Shown in pieces: positions 9,273 to 20,364 of a DNA stretch of 64,000 nt. The DNA lies in IMG/VR virus record IMGVR_UViG_2588253904_000003, positions 1 to 64,000 of that record. One strand, 5' to 3'. Every line of letters begins with the position of its first letter. The stretch's first letter is position 1. The notes under the pieces were generated by a model, which was not told the DNA's origin, did not search any database, and saw only the letters and a list, made by a program, of their open reading frames with translations. The position numbers and the translations under genes were made by a program. The stretch comes from a virus. Lineage: Duplodnaviria; Caudoviricetes.

Positions 9273-9920
9273 ATGTCTGACAAAAATATACTCACAAATA
9301 AATGTGTGGACGTAAGCTCTTATCAGGGCAATATCAACTGGGAACAGGTAAAGTCAGCAGGCGTTCATCAGGCAATCCTTAAAATAATCCGGAAAGACTT
9401 AAACCCTGATACCAAATTTGAACAAAACTGGAAAGGCTGTCAGGATGCGGGTGTCACTGTATCCGGTGTATACAATTATTCTTATGCTGCTTCAACTGCA
9501 AAAGCCATAACAGACGCCAAAAAAGTTCTTTCTGTTTTAAATGGAAGAAAATGCATGGTATGGCTTGATGTGGAAGATAAATGCCAGAAGGGACTCGGCC
9601 CGCTGCTAAAAGATATCATCCACGCATACAGCGACGTAATCACAGACGCCGGATACCCCTTCGGTGTCTACACAGGGATGTCCTTTTATCAATCTTACCT
9701 GAAACCTTATCCTATAAAATGTGATACTTACTGGATTGCAAGATATTATAATTCTTACAGGAAAATGGATATTTCTATCAGTCCCAATGAAAAATATAAT
9801 CCCAGGCTAAACATAGGCAGAGATATTTATGCATGGCAGTACACCTCAAGCGGCCAGCTTTCCGGCATTACCGGTAATGTGGACTTAAGTATTATTTATG
9901 GCGGTATAGCCAATGGATGA
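9273..9920 (+). CDS. GH25 muramidase (lysin), catalytic domain only
   Basis: VDVSSYQG, WLDVED, WQYTSSG...VDL motifs. Confidence 0.9.
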   Translation: MSDKNILTNKCVDVSSYQGNINWEQVKSAGVHQAILKIIRKDLNPDTKFEQNWKGCQDAGVTVSGVYNYSYAASTAKAITDAKKVLSVLNGRKCMVWLDVEDKCQKGLGPLLKDIIHAYSDVITDAGYPFGVYTGMSFYQSYLKPYPIKCDTYWIARYYNSYRKMDISISPNEKYNPRLNIGRDIYAWQYTSSGQLSGITGNVDLSIIYGGIANG

Positions 9921-10371
9921 TATCCTTGCATTATCCAAAGTAGATTTTTCCTCCGTATTTATTTCCGTTTTTCTCATTCTCATGGGAATAAAGGCGGCGG
10001 TTTCTTTGCTGGAATGGATGATAAATAAGCTTGGGCTGGAAACAAAATGGATGAGAAAACACCGGCAGGAGCATGAGCTTCTGCTGCAGACTGCGCAAAA
10101 CCTGGCTGCTTTACAAAAAAAATACGAAGAAAACATGCAGCTTGACAACCTGATGGCTGCCCAAAGAGAAATACTGGCAGACAAGATAAATGAAAAGTAC
10201 AAATTCTATATCTCCATCAAAGGCATTCCTGATGATGAAGTGGACGAATTTACCAATCTGCATGCAGCATACAAAGGTGTTGGCGGAAACCACAGCGGAG
10301 ATGTGAAATTTGAATACTGCATTAATCATCTGCCTGTTATTCCGGTTGAAACAAAATTAGTCATAGAATAA
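9913..10371 (+). CDS. Membrane protein of the lysis module
   Basis: N-terminal TM segment and YKGVGGNHSG motif; overlaps the lysin stop. Confidence 0.55.
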   Translation: MDDILALSKVDFSSVFISVFLILMGIKAAVSLLEWMINKLGLETKWMRKHRQEHELLLQTAQNLAALQKKYEENMQLDNLMAAQREILADKINEKYKFYISIKGIPDDEVDEFTNLHAAYKGVGGNHSGDVKFEYCINHLPVIPVETKLVIE

Positions 10372-10431
10372 GAGGATTGATTTTGCCTCACCTTTTACAA
10401 AAATCAGCATGGAAAGGATGGTTTATAATCT

Positions 10432-10779
10432 ATGGACAAATATGACATGGAAATCCAGGCTGCTGTCAATCTGCCCAGCCGCCAAACCATTAATAAACAA
10501 ATACTTGATCTGGAGAAAAAAATTAACAAGCTGAAAATCAGCGGAACCCTTGACGATGCTGCCATAAAGAAACTGACCGACCAGTTAAAGTCTTTAAAAG
10601 CAACCGTCACCACCATTGACTTTTCTCCTTCTGCCCTGCAAAGCCTCACCAGCCAGGTGGAAAAAGCCCTGAGTTCTGTCAACGTCTCCGATGCAGGCAC
10701 CAAAAAGGCAGACAGCTTTCTGGCAAGTTTCGGAAAGCAGATCACCACAAAAATCTCTGATTATGTTAAGAACATCGGT
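10432..10779 (+). CDS. Tape-measure protein, exon 1 (116 codons, ending KNIG)
   Basis: Helical ORF whose codon 116 ends at the predicted group I 5' splice site (GGT|aaatgccg). Confidence 0.65.
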
Positions 10780-12393
10780 AAATGCCGTATCAGCGTACGG
10801 ATTTCATAAACTGTTTTTTGTTTTGAATATGCCCTTCATGCCCAAGCAATTCCTGATCGACGAACTGCAAGGGCAGGAATGTATGAACTTAGTCAACTCA
10901 TGATGTTCTATAAAGTGAATCGTAATTGAGGAATGCTGTTTCCTCAGTGCTGGGAAGCTTTTTTATAGTGAATAAATAGTGCCGCATGGCTACAACGTGA
11001 CTGGAAACGGTGAGCGTGATATGCACTCCGAAAGGATGTCAGCAATGGCAAAAAAATATGCGGCAGGTCATATGTGGAAACGCTAAATGACAGGTCTTGT
11101 GGAAGAGACTAAACCACCAATCAGCAGCGGAAATCCTAAGTCTGGTCATTCAGATATGGACGTGTTCAGAGAGTATAAACGATTCTGAGTCGAAAGGCTT
11201 GTAACAGGTACTCCAAACCAAGAAGGAAAACTTGCTCGTGACTGAGTAGAAACCAAAAGAGTGATACTGCTCTCCTGCTTCTTACACAGCTCTGCCTGCG
11301 CAGGAAGAAACAGGATAATGCTACGGAATTCTCCTGGCCGGAGTGGAAAAAACGGAGAAAATAGAAAGAAATTTCTAAACTAAATATTCATATTTTTATA
11401 GTATTTTTAAATATTTTACAGTATAATAAAAATAATAGTTTTTAAATTACAAGTGCACTCAATATAACAAGAAAGAACAAACGTTTATGGAAAATACTGA
11501 TGAACAAGAAATTGAGAAAGACCAAGATACCATTTCTGAAAAAGTCGCTCATATAACTGGCCGATATAATATTATATCGGCAATCATTGGAGCAATTGTT
11601 GGCGGTTTTTTTACTCTTGTCTGTACTCATATTAGCATAACAAACACCAACCTCTCATACAACTCCTTACAAGAAGAGTACGCTGTTTTAACAGAGGAAT
11701 ATCTTGCTTTAAAAGAAGAAAATAATAAATTACATAATGAAATCAAAGATTTAAATACTGAAGTTACTCAACTATCTATAGCTAAGGAAAACACTAACGA
11801 AATGCAGCCAATCGATAATAAAAGTGTATTTGATCTACCTGCTATTAATAGCAAAGAAAAGTATTGGTTTGATCATTCAGATCAATATCCTCCTGAGTGT
11901 TTTATTGATACTGATGGTATTGAACATTATACAGGTACTATATGTTTTCATTATGGAAGTAATAAAAACAACATTTTAAATCCCACCTACCAACTTGATG
12001 ATGCTTATTCTGAGTGCGTTGGAGAAATGGTATGTTCTTCTGTAAATGGAGATTCTCAGGAAAAAGCATGGTTGGAATTCTATTCAGGTGATCAATTTCT
12101 TGGCAGCACAGATCCTATAGATATTAATAGTGGTTCAAAACCATTTACTATTGATATTAAAGGTGTTAAAGAACTGACAATTGTAAGAAATGGAACTGAG
12201 TCTGACTATGGATACTTCACCATCATTTATGATTATTTGAATTTAGTTAAATAATGTTTAAAAACAGTACTCATTTCCATCTGAACTAGATAAATAAGTA
12301 TTTCCATAAATCAAATGTCTCCAATATATTCATTGCCTTTCTTCACAAGCTATGAAATGTAATCCTCCACAGATTACAAACATTAATCATATG
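10780..12393 (+). ncRNA. Group I self-splicing intron with cargo ORF
   Basis: P1 CGGT/GCCG with U.G at the splice site; P3 AATCGT (10918)/ACGATT (11179); P TGCTGGGAA 10948; Q AATCAGCAG 11119; R GTTCAGAGAGTA 11164; P7 GAGTA/TACTC (11209); P8 GAGTC-GAAA-GGCTT; terminal G 12393 gives an in-frame join. Confidence 0.8.
11487..12254 (+). CDS. Intron-borne membrane-anchored protein (TM, coiled coil, NPCBM/NEW2-like beta domain)
   Basis: Hydrophobic IISAIIGAIVGGFFTLV, coiled coil, C-terminal PFTIDIKGVKELTI; AT-rich; TATAAT upstream near 11422; no homing endonuclease motifs. Confidence 0.7.
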   Translation: MENTDEQEIEKDQDTISEKVAHITGRYNIISAIIGAIVGGFFTLVCTHISITNTNLSYNSLQEEYAVLTEEYLALKEENNKLHNEIKDLNTEVTQLSIAKENTNEMQPIDNKSVFDLPAINSKEKYWFDHSDQYPPECFIDTDGIEHYTGTICFHYGSNKNNILNPTYQLDDAYSECVGEMVCSSVNGDSQEKAWLEFYSGDQFLGSTDPIDINSGSKPFTIDIKGVKELTIVRNGTESDYGYFTIIYDYLNLVK

Positions 12394-15300
12394 ATATTCA
12401 AAACATTTGACAGCAAAAAAAAAACTCCTGAATCAACAAATGATTTTTCAATTCCTGAAATAGATGCCAGTGATATTTTAAGTGAAATACCTACACCCCA
12501 AAAAATACTTACTCAAATTGGCAAAAAAATACTCCAAGCAGTTGGAGCTGTAGTTAACATGTTTGTTACATGGGCACTTAACAAAGTGATTGATAAAGCT
12601 ATTGCCGCCCTTGATAACTACATACACAGGCTTGATAAAGCAAAAGAAGCTTTATCCAATACTCAATCTGAAATATCATCTATTGAAACAGAAATTAAGA
12701 GCTTAAATGATAAAATAAAAGAATTGGAAAATCGTGATCCAGCTTCCCTATCGATTATTAACAAAGAAGACTTACAAAACCTCAAAGCACAAAACGAAGA
12801 ACTAAAAATACGCCAACAATATCTAAATCAGGAAAAAAACGATGATCAACAGAAAGTTGCCAATTTGACCAAAGAAAAATACAACCAGCAATATGGCACT
12901 TCAAATCAGGAATTAATTGAACAGTATAAATCTCTCTACGAAAATCAACCAGGTCCAAGTAAACCCGTTTCCTCTTACTTAACAGGTGAAAACACCACTC
13001 AGACTATATCATATGCTGCTTCCAGCCAGGATACCGGATTAATCCGTGGTTCAGGGGTGTTAGCTGACCTTATAGCACAATACGAATACTATTCGGATTT
13101 AAAAAAAGAGGCCATTGGAAATGATGACTCTGAATCTATTGAAAAATATAATAATAAACTGAAAGAATTGTCACAAAAGCTTCAAGAAGATAGAAAGAAT
13201 CTTCAAGAATTTGCTGACGATTTATTAGCCGCGGGAGACGCAAGTCCTGAATTAGACAATATTACTTTACAACTTGAAACAATTGACAATCTTCTATTAG
13301 CACCAAAGCAGAACCTTATTGAATTTATTAATAACGATTCTTTATCAGAATCAAAGCAGCACTTAATTGATCTTATAAATACTGGCAGCTTAACCCAAAA
13401 TGAACTATTAACACATTTCCCAGAAATTAATAACTATTTAAAAGAAAATGGACTTACCTTAGAAGACTTAATTTTAACTGTTAAATTATACAAAGAAGAA
13501 CTATCTGACAATTCAAATGCAAATTTCCCACTCTCTTCTTCAAAAACAATAAGCAATCTTAATGCGCAAATTAAGCCTGCATTCGACAGCCTGAAATCAA
13601 CATGGCAAAACCTCTTTACGGACAATGAACTTAATATAAATAGTGTAGACATCCTATCTACCTGCGATTCAATCAAAGCAAAACTTGATGATATGTCAGA
13701 AATGGGCTTACAAGTCGATTATTCTGCATATGAGCATTTTATTGATATACTAAATGATTCAGATTCAGAAGCTGCTGATGTCCAAGACAGTTTCAATCAG
13801 CTTGCTATTTCTATCCTGCAAGCCGGAGTATCTGGAACGGAAGATTTTGAAACTTTAAAATCTGCCTTAGAAGATCTTGGTGTAGTAAATGAAGAACTGG
13901 TAGCTTTTGACGCTTTAATAAGTAATACAGAGATATTAAAAAAGTCAGGATTAGATTTAAATTCTGCTACAGAAGAACAGATTGCCTCTTTTGCAAATGA
14001 AATGGTATCTGCCGAAAATGTTGCACAAGCTATTTTAATGCTGACCTTCCAAAAGGAATTATGCAATCTACAAGGCATGAATACTTCTGGTGAAGTTGCC
14101 AACCTGCTTACGCTTGCTGAAAATGCAGCCTATACAGGTGAAATCATTAAAAACTTAACAGAATTAGAGGGAGTCTATCAGGAAATTGCTAGCGGTACTT
14201 TAACTCCCGGCCAACTAGATGCCAAACTGGCAAGAGCTGCAGAACTGGAAAATGCAATAAAAGAATCAGCAGGTAATATTAAATATGAGCCGCAAATTAA
14301 TTTTAACAGTATGGGCGGTGCTGCCTCCCATGCAGCAGGTGCCGGAAAATCCGCCGCCGCAAGCTACATAGAAGCCTTCGAGGAAGAGTTATCTGACTTA
14401 TCCCAGCTTCGCGACAATGGAGTTATTACTGAAAAGGAATACCTGGACAGTCTCTGCGCGCTTTATGAGAGATATTTTGCAAACAAGCTGGGGTATGAGA
14501 AGGAATATGCCAAATACCAACGGCAATACCTGGAAGGCTATAAATCGCTTTACGAATCCGCCCTCAGCGGCATTTCCACGCTGCTGGGTAATCAGATTGA
14601 CGGTTACAAGGATGCCAAAGATGCCGCTGTCTCCTCTCTCACTCAGGAAAAGGATGCCCGTCTTGAAGTAATTGACGCCCAGAAGGAACAGCTAGAGGCA
14701 CAAAAAGATCTGATTGACGAGCAGATCGAAGCAAAACAAAAGCTCATAGATGATATTCAAAATGAAATTGATGCTATGAAAGAAGCCAATTCTGAACGCC
14801 AGCGTCAGTTGGATTTGCAAAAAGCACAGTACGAGCTGGAACGGATGCAGCACCAGCGCACAATCCTTCAATACAGTGAAGAAAATGGAATGCAGTATGT
14901 GCAAAGTGATGAAGGACTGCGGACAGCAAAAGAAAACGTTGACAATGCAAAATTTGAAATTGAAATTTCCAATAAGGAAAAAAATATCTCCCTGCTGGAA
15001 GATGAAATCAGTCTGTTAGAAGAGCAAAAGGATGCCATTCAAAATCAAATGGACCTTCTCGACAAGCAGGCGGATCAGATTGAAAGCTACTATTCAAAAA
15101 TGATTTCTGAAACAGAAGCTTACTATGATTCTCTAATCAATAACATGGAACGCCAGAAATCAAAATGGGAAGAAATAGCTGAAATTGAAAACATTGCAAG
15201 AGCATATTCCGACTTAGAACAGGTTGCAGGCGGCATGGGCTACAGCGTCCAGGATATCTTAAGCGGCAATGAACAGGCTTTTGAAGATTTTAAGTCCAGG

Positions 15301-16501
15301 TACATTGCTCTGCTAAGCGACCTAAACAATAATTCCAGTTTTTCAGAAGGATTATCTTATGCCACATCAGGTATTGCCCAAGACATTGACAACCTGGAAG
15401 CTTCTGCTGCCACCGTCAGCGAAAGCACAGGCAAAATAGCCGCCAACATCGGGGAAGTTAACACCAGCGCAGAAACCCTAAGCGGCAGTCTGTCCAATAT
15501 TGGCGACGCCCTCTCCGGCTTTTCTGAGACGGACAATATCACTGCCGCCGCAGACGCCTTTTCTAAATTGGGGCAGGCAATCCAATCTGTAGCAGATGCA
15601 CTGAACATAAGCGAAGACGGTACCATAGGCAGTCTCACAGGCGCACTTAAGTCTTTATGCGAAATACCCCTTTGCCAAACGGATGATGATAAAAATGGCG
15701 GTATTCTGTCTAAATTTCAGGCATTAAAGACTGCTGTCACTGACGTAACAAGCGCCATTTCCGGCGGTGGTTCCTCCGCCTCAGACAGTGGTGACGGGGG
15801 AAATTCCTCAAGTCCAGGTACAAGCTCCGGTGCAGCCGGAAACAGTTCTGGCGGACTGGCAGGCGCCATTGCCTCCCTGAAATCCGCCGCCACTGATGCA
15901 TTAGGCGGCAATGGAAATGATGAATCAGAAGGACAAAGCGAAGGCTCCGGCATTATCGCCCAGTTTGGCCAGCTTAAAAATGCAGTAACCGATACCACGG
16001 AAGCCATCGGCAGCGGCGACTCAAAACAGAAGAAAAAATCTAAAGGAAACTCAAAAAATGGAAATCTGATCAGTTCCATCACAAGTCTTGGAAGCACCAC
16101 CTCAGAAATTCTTACCGGCGACGGTAATGATGAAGATAAATCAGGCGGCGTAATTGGGCGGTTTGAACAGTTTAAGGATGTCATCGGTGAAGCCAATGAA
16201 CATGTAACAGGAATTGCCACAGGGTTACACGATATTGATGGCGAAACTGTAGAATGCACCATCAAAGTAAATGTTGAACAAAATGGAGAGCTGCCTGCCT
16301 ATTCCAAAGGCGTCCTGGCTCCCATGAAGTTGGAAAGCGGTGAATATAAGGCAAAATATGGACGTGCATTTGCAAAGGGATCCGGAAATTACAAAGGACT
16401 TCCCAAATCAGAGAAAAATGCGCTTCGCTCTGAATATGGCCAGCCAGAATTAACCGTATATCCTGACGGAACTACAGAACTCACCACACAACCTACCATC
16501 A
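12394..16501 (+). CDS. Tape-measure protein, exon 2, 5' portion interrupted by the prophage
   Basis: Long coiled-coil ORF ending in AFAKGS...SEYGQPELTVYPDG...PTI; the ORF track reads on into phage DNA to 16653. Confidence 0.8.
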
Positions 16502-16515
16502 CCCCTCAGAATGAA
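16490..16515. other. Left attachment site
   Basis: CCTACCA-TCA-CCCCTCAGAATG: TMP sequence to the left, phage arm to the right. Confidence 0.75.
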
Positions 16516-16559
16516 AAAGAGAAAACAGAGGAGAGCCGGGCAGGCCCTCCTCTTTCCCT

Positions 16560-16808
16560 TTACATTGACAGCCGGATCTTTTTGGCCGCCGCCTGCTCAA
16601 TGAGCTGCTTTGCCTCTTCCCTGCTGCCACGCTCAGCAGATACCATGATATAACCGGGCATATCTTTGGCCGGTTCCACCTTAAAATCCTTCATTTCTGC
16701 CGCTTCCAGGCGCTCCTTCAGCTTTTTTGCATAATCTCCACATGCTGCCGGAAACGTGCCCGCAATCACCCGGATCGGGGCCTCCTTCGTGCTTTTTGTT
16801 TCTGCCAT
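16560..16808 (-). CDS. Small hypothetical protein
   Basis: 82 aa ORF with GGAGG RBS after the endolysin. Confidence 0.6.
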   Translation of the reverse strand: MAETKSTKEAPIRVIAGTFPAACGDYAKKLKERLEAAEMKDFKVEPAKDMPGYIMVSAERGSREEAKQLIEQAAAKKIRLSM

Positions 16809-16821
16809 TGTGTTTCCCTCC

Positions 16822-18462
16822 TTATGATTTCTTTAAATATTCACTACTGGAAAAGCCCTCTTTGCCATTGTAGGCAATATAAAGCCATTTCACACCTTCC
16901 ACCATGGTATAGTAACCATAATTCCGCACCGTTGCCCCTTTGGGGATCTCCGTGATAATATTCTCACTCTTCAGCACTCCCGGATGGGTTCTCATGTTCA
17001 AGTTGGTTGTGGTCTTATAGGCTCCGGCAATTCCCTTGGCAAAACTCTTTGCCCCCACCGGCTTCAGGGAAGCATTGCCCGCCGTGGCTCCGTTGGCCAC
17101 ATAGGTATAATATTGGCCGCCTGCATTGCTTGTGTAGGCATACCCACATGAAGCGCCCGGCCATACAATTTTATACCAACCATTGGCCAGGATCTCCAAT
17201 ACCTCCACAGAGGCTCCTTTGGTCACTCCTCCAATGGATCCGGATGCGGTACTGCTGCCGGTTCTCACATTCATATTGCTTTTGGCCGTTGCGCTGCCTA
17301 TTCCCTTGCCTACATAGTTTTTATTGCCTGAGGCCGTTGCTGTGCTCTGAGAAGCTCCTGAGGCCGTTCCTGAGGCCTTTGAGCCCTTACTCAATGCCAT
17401 AACTACATGAGAGCTTTCCTTCAGGTAAATGCCGCCCCTCTTTGCGTATGCACTGGATCCAGTGTGGGCAGCATCCGTGTATGCTTTAAATTTTCCGGTT
17501 GCCAGGAGAATGCTTTTCATATTGCCGGTGTAGCCACTGGCGGCAATGCTCAGGCCCGCCAATATGTAACATGCAAGCACCAGGGAGCTGCAATCAAAAT
17601 CTCCCTTGGCTCCGGCCACCTTCCGGCCATTGTTCACAATCGCATTAAAGCCCTTCCATCTGTTAGGCTGAGAATAGCCAAAATTATCATTTTTGCATAT
17701 CTCCTCCATAATTGCGGCGGCCTTGTCTGCCAGGGTATCATCCAGGCATTCCAGGTAAACATTCCACGGCTTACTGTACCATTCCCGGATGCAGATCTCT
17801 TTTGTGGTCTGATCCCCCGGTGTTTTCCCCTGAATTGTTCCGTTTTCGTCAATACTTGCATGGCCAATCAATACAGCCATCTGATCACTCCTTTCCTCAT
17901 AGCCCTTTACTGCTGCATATACCGCATCCCTCCGGGCCATATACTTACAGAAAACTTTGTCACTTTTCGCTGAAGCATAAAGCGCATCCAACGTCTTTCC
18001 ACCGGCCGCCCTGATAATCCGGGCAGAGGCTCCGGCCCCGCCCTGGTTCTCAATATCGGCCATGAAAATAATAGCTGCCGGATCTGTTACTCCCAAATTT
18101 TTAATATGGGTACAGTATCCGGTAATATCTTTCAGGGCAAGCGCATCCTGGGCCCGCTTCCCTTCCGTTGTGCTGAGGGCAGCAGATAACCGGCCCGCCT
18201 CTTCCGTTGTGGCCTTCCTGCTGCCCCATGAGGTGCCCTTTGCTGTAATTTCCGTATAAAGGGCCGCCCCCAATATTTCCTTGCCCTTTTGGGCTCCCAG
18301 GGCCTCACAAATCTCTTTCATAAGGCCCAGGGCCCTGCCGCCATGCCACTGGACTCTCCCAACCGATAAAGCCCCGTTATCGTTCTTATTTACCGATCCA
18401 TAACCCCCTTCATGGGAAAAAATGATCGGAGCCGCCCTCTCAGCAATTTCCTTCAGATTCAT
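16822..18462 (-). CDS. Endolysin: lysozyme-like domain, NlpC/P60-like peptidase and two SH3b domains
   Basis: HEGGYGSVN...ALSVGRVQW; FDCSSLV...HVVM; MNVRTG and LNMRTHPG SH3b starts. Confidence 0.85.
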   Translation of the reverse strand: MNLKEIAERAAPIIFSHEGGYGSVNKNDNGALSVGRVQWHGGRALGLMKEICEALGAQKGKEILGAALYTEITAKGTSWGSRKATTEEAGRLSAALSTTEGKRAQDALALKDITGYCTHIKNLGVTDPAAIIFMADIENQGGAGASARIIRAAGGKTLDALYASAKSDKVFCKYMARRDAVYAAVKGYEERSDQMAVLIGHASIDENGTIQGKTPGDQTTKEICIREWYSKPWNVYLECLDDTLADKAAAIMEEICKNDNFGYSQPNRWKGFNAIVNNGRKVAGAKGDFDCSSLVLACYILAGLSIAASGYTGNMKSILLATGKFKAYTDAAHTGSSAYAKRGGIYLKESSHVVMALSKGSKASGTASGASQSTATASGNKNYVGKGIGSATAKSNMNVRTGSSTASGSIGGVTKGASVEVLEILANGWYKIVWPGASCGYAYTSNAGGQYYTYVANGATAGNASLKPVGAKSFAKGIAGAYKTTTNLNMRTHPGVLKSENIITEIPKGATVRNYGYYTMVEGVKWLYIAYNGKEGFSSSEYLKKS

Positions 18463-18751
18463 CCTCTTCCTCCTTTCCCGTTTTGCACAAATCCGGGTAT
18501 TTCTCCGCTATCTTCCCATATACCCACACCCCGATCAGCACCAGGGGGAGAAACGGCCACAGCACCGCCGCCAATAAGGAAATAGCGAAAAAGGAGCAGA
18601 TGGCGATCAAGCCTTCTCCTGCTCCTTCCGGGTATTCCATGTATTTCTCTTCCTCACTCAACTCATTCCATGAGCTGCAAAACAGATATAATAAGGCCAT
18701 GGCCAATATTACAGCCACAGCCACATAAACAATAAGCAGCGCCTTCCACAC
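18440..18751 (-). CDS. Membrane protein of the lysis module
   Basis: Two to three hydrophobic segments. Confidence 0.55.
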   Translation of the reverse strand: MWKALLIVYVAVAVILAMALLYLFCSSWNELSEEEKYMEYPEGAGEGLIAICSFFAISLLAAVLWPFLPLVLIGVWVYGKIAEKYPDLCKTGKEEEDESEGNC

Positions 18752-18753
18752 TT

Positions 18754-19071
18754 TTATGCCCCCTTACTGTTATTCATAGCAAACACAGCCGCCTCTATCA
18801 GGGTTTCAAGCTGAGCATCCGAAATAGAAATATTTTTGGCTGCAAGAATCTCTTTCAAAAACTCCGTAACAATGGCCTTTTTCTCAGCGCCGGATCCTGC
18901 CTCCTTATTCATCTGCTCTGCCGCCTCCACGGCCTTGGCCACCCACTTCATAACTCCGGTGAGCTTCATTTCCTCTGCCCACGTTTTGAGCAGCGGGATC
19001 CCGTACCTCATAATGAGCGTTACTGCAATAATCACCACAAGCTCAATAACCTTTAATAAAATATTATCCAT
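18754..19071 (-). CDS. Holin (LL-H-like)
   Basis: N-terminal TM, AVEAAEQ...GAEKK...LIEAAV. Confidence 0.8.
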   Translation of the reverse strand: MDNILLKVIELVVIIAVTLIMRYGIPLLKTWAEEMKLTGVMKWVAKAVEAAEQMNKEAGSGAEKKAIVTEFLKEILAAKNISISDAQLETLIEAAVFAMNNSKGA

Positions 19072-19085
19072 AGAAATATGCCTCC

Positions 19086-19508
19086 TTATCCTTTTGCCGC
19101 CTCAGAGGGCCCTTCCTGGCTCTCTGAGCATGTTTCAGGGCCTCTCATTGCCATATCATGCACAATGCCGCCCTCCGTGTTTTCTTTGGTTGCTTTTGCC
19201 GCATAGGCACAGTATGAGATCGCTTCTCCTACCGTGGCCCCGATCAGGCTGTACAGCGCTGAGAGATCCGCAAAGTGCCACATTGCGGCCATAGAGTAAA
19301 GCTGCACCGCCGTACATGATAGGAAGATATAAGCCAGGGCCACCTTGGAAGCGTTTGGCGGCTTCTTTTTCGGCCAGTATTCCTCCCGCTTCTGTTTCAG
19401 CTCTTCCTCCAATAGCTTCCGCTCTCCCTGGATCTCAATCCTCCTCAGCTTCCGCTCATGCTCCCTGAGCTCTTCCCTGCTTAGCCTCACCCGGCTCACC
19501 TCCCACAT
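19086..19508 (-). CDS. Membrane-associated hypothetical protein
   Basis: Two TM segments, KATKENTEGGI. Confidence 0.6.
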   Translation of the reverse strand: MWEVSRVRLSREELREHERKLRRIEIQGERKLLEEELKQKREEYWPKKKPPNASKVALAYIFLSCTAVQLYSMAAMWHFADLSALYSLIGATVGEAISYCAYAAKATKENTEGGIVHDMAMRGPETCSESQEGPSEAAKG

Positions 19509-19944
19509 AAAAATCCTTTTCTTCCTGGCACTTATGGTAAATCTTCAGAATATACTCATATTCTGCTTCATATACACCGTTGGGATCATTCGTCACCTTC
19601 AGCAGCTCCTCATATTTCTCATTCTGCTGTATGATATAATTAAATTCACCCTCAGAGTGCCTCTGCCCTCTTTGGCATTCGTTGTAAAAATTGAAAATCT
19701 CTGCTTTGATATTGTCGGCGGCATCTATCGCCCTTTGTATTGCAAGTTCTTCCTGCCTTTTGGCAATTTCCTCCTGCTCCTTCCTCAGTTCCTTCATTTC
19801 TTCCTTCACACTGGCCATCATTTTGTTGCCGATCCACCCAAAAAGGCTGCTCCATGGATTGATCTTGATCTTGGATACCTCTATGAAGGTGCCCAGGAAG
19901 AGAGCCCCGCCTGAAATAGCCGCCACTATTTCTCCTATGCTCAC
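19456..19944 (-). CDS. Holin-associated hypothetical protein
   Basis: IKINPWS motif and coiled coil in the lysis region. Confidence 0.6.
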   Translation of the reverse strand: MSIGEIVAAISGGALFLGTFIEVSKIKINPWSSLFGWIGNKMMASVKEEMKELRKEQEEIAKRQEELAIQRAIDAADNIKAEIFNFYNECQRGQRHSEGEFNYIIQQNEKYEELLKVTNDPNGVYEAEYEYILKIYHKCQEEKDFYVGGEPGEAKQGRAQGA

Positions 19945-20156
19945 TCCTGCTCCTCTCCTTCCTCTTCATTTTCCGGCCCCTGCACTTTGCAGAAAACGCA
20001 CCGGGAGCATGGCTCTTGGCTGTATGGCATGTAATAACTTTTACATTCCCCACAATTTCCATATTCTTTGCACTCCCGGCTGCACTCTTCCAGTGTCCTC
20101 CTGCAATATCCCAGGGCCCTATGAGAGCACCTGAAATTATTCCGCTTCGGCTTCAT
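19941..20156 (-). CDS. Cys-rich small protein
   Basis: 71 aa ORF coupled to both neighbours. Confidence 0.5.
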   Translation of the reverse strand: MKPKRNNFRCSHRALGYCRRTLEECSRECKEYGNCGECKSYYMPYSQEPCSRCVFCKVQGPENEEEGEEQE

Positions 20157-20349
20157 CCATTTCCTTCAGCATGGCATTGAGCTCATTTTTCCTGGCGGCC
20201 ATTCTGTCAGATTCAGCGATCTCCTCAGCGTATTCCTCCACCGTGGCCCGCCCCATTGCGATCTTGGTGCCTATGTAGTCCTTTTCTCTCATAAGCTGAT
20301 CCAATCCTCTGATCTCTGCCTCAATCTGTTCTCTTGTCATTGCTTCCAT
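20137..20349 (-). CDS. Small hypothetical protein downstream of the RT
   Basis: 70 aa ORF with AGGAG RBS. Confidence 0.6.
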   Translation of the reverse strand: MEAMTREQIEAEIRGLDQLMREKDYIGTKIAMGRATVEEYAEEIAESDRMAARKNELNAMLKEMDEAEAE

Positions 20350-20364
20350 GTTTTTTCTCCTTCC

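Noticed and set aside
11487-12254. Intron homing endonuclease
   Set aside because: No nuclease motifs; it has a TM segment and coiled coil instead
16503-16509. CCCTCAG (also at 57621-57627) as the att core
   Set aside because: Recombining here puts the TMP out of frame, whereas the TCA core restores PTISDLPKG
16502-16653. C-terminus of the 1433 aa ORF as a real TMP end
   Set aside because: It is read-through into prophage DNA and overlaps a minus-strand gene; the true end is at 57627-58078
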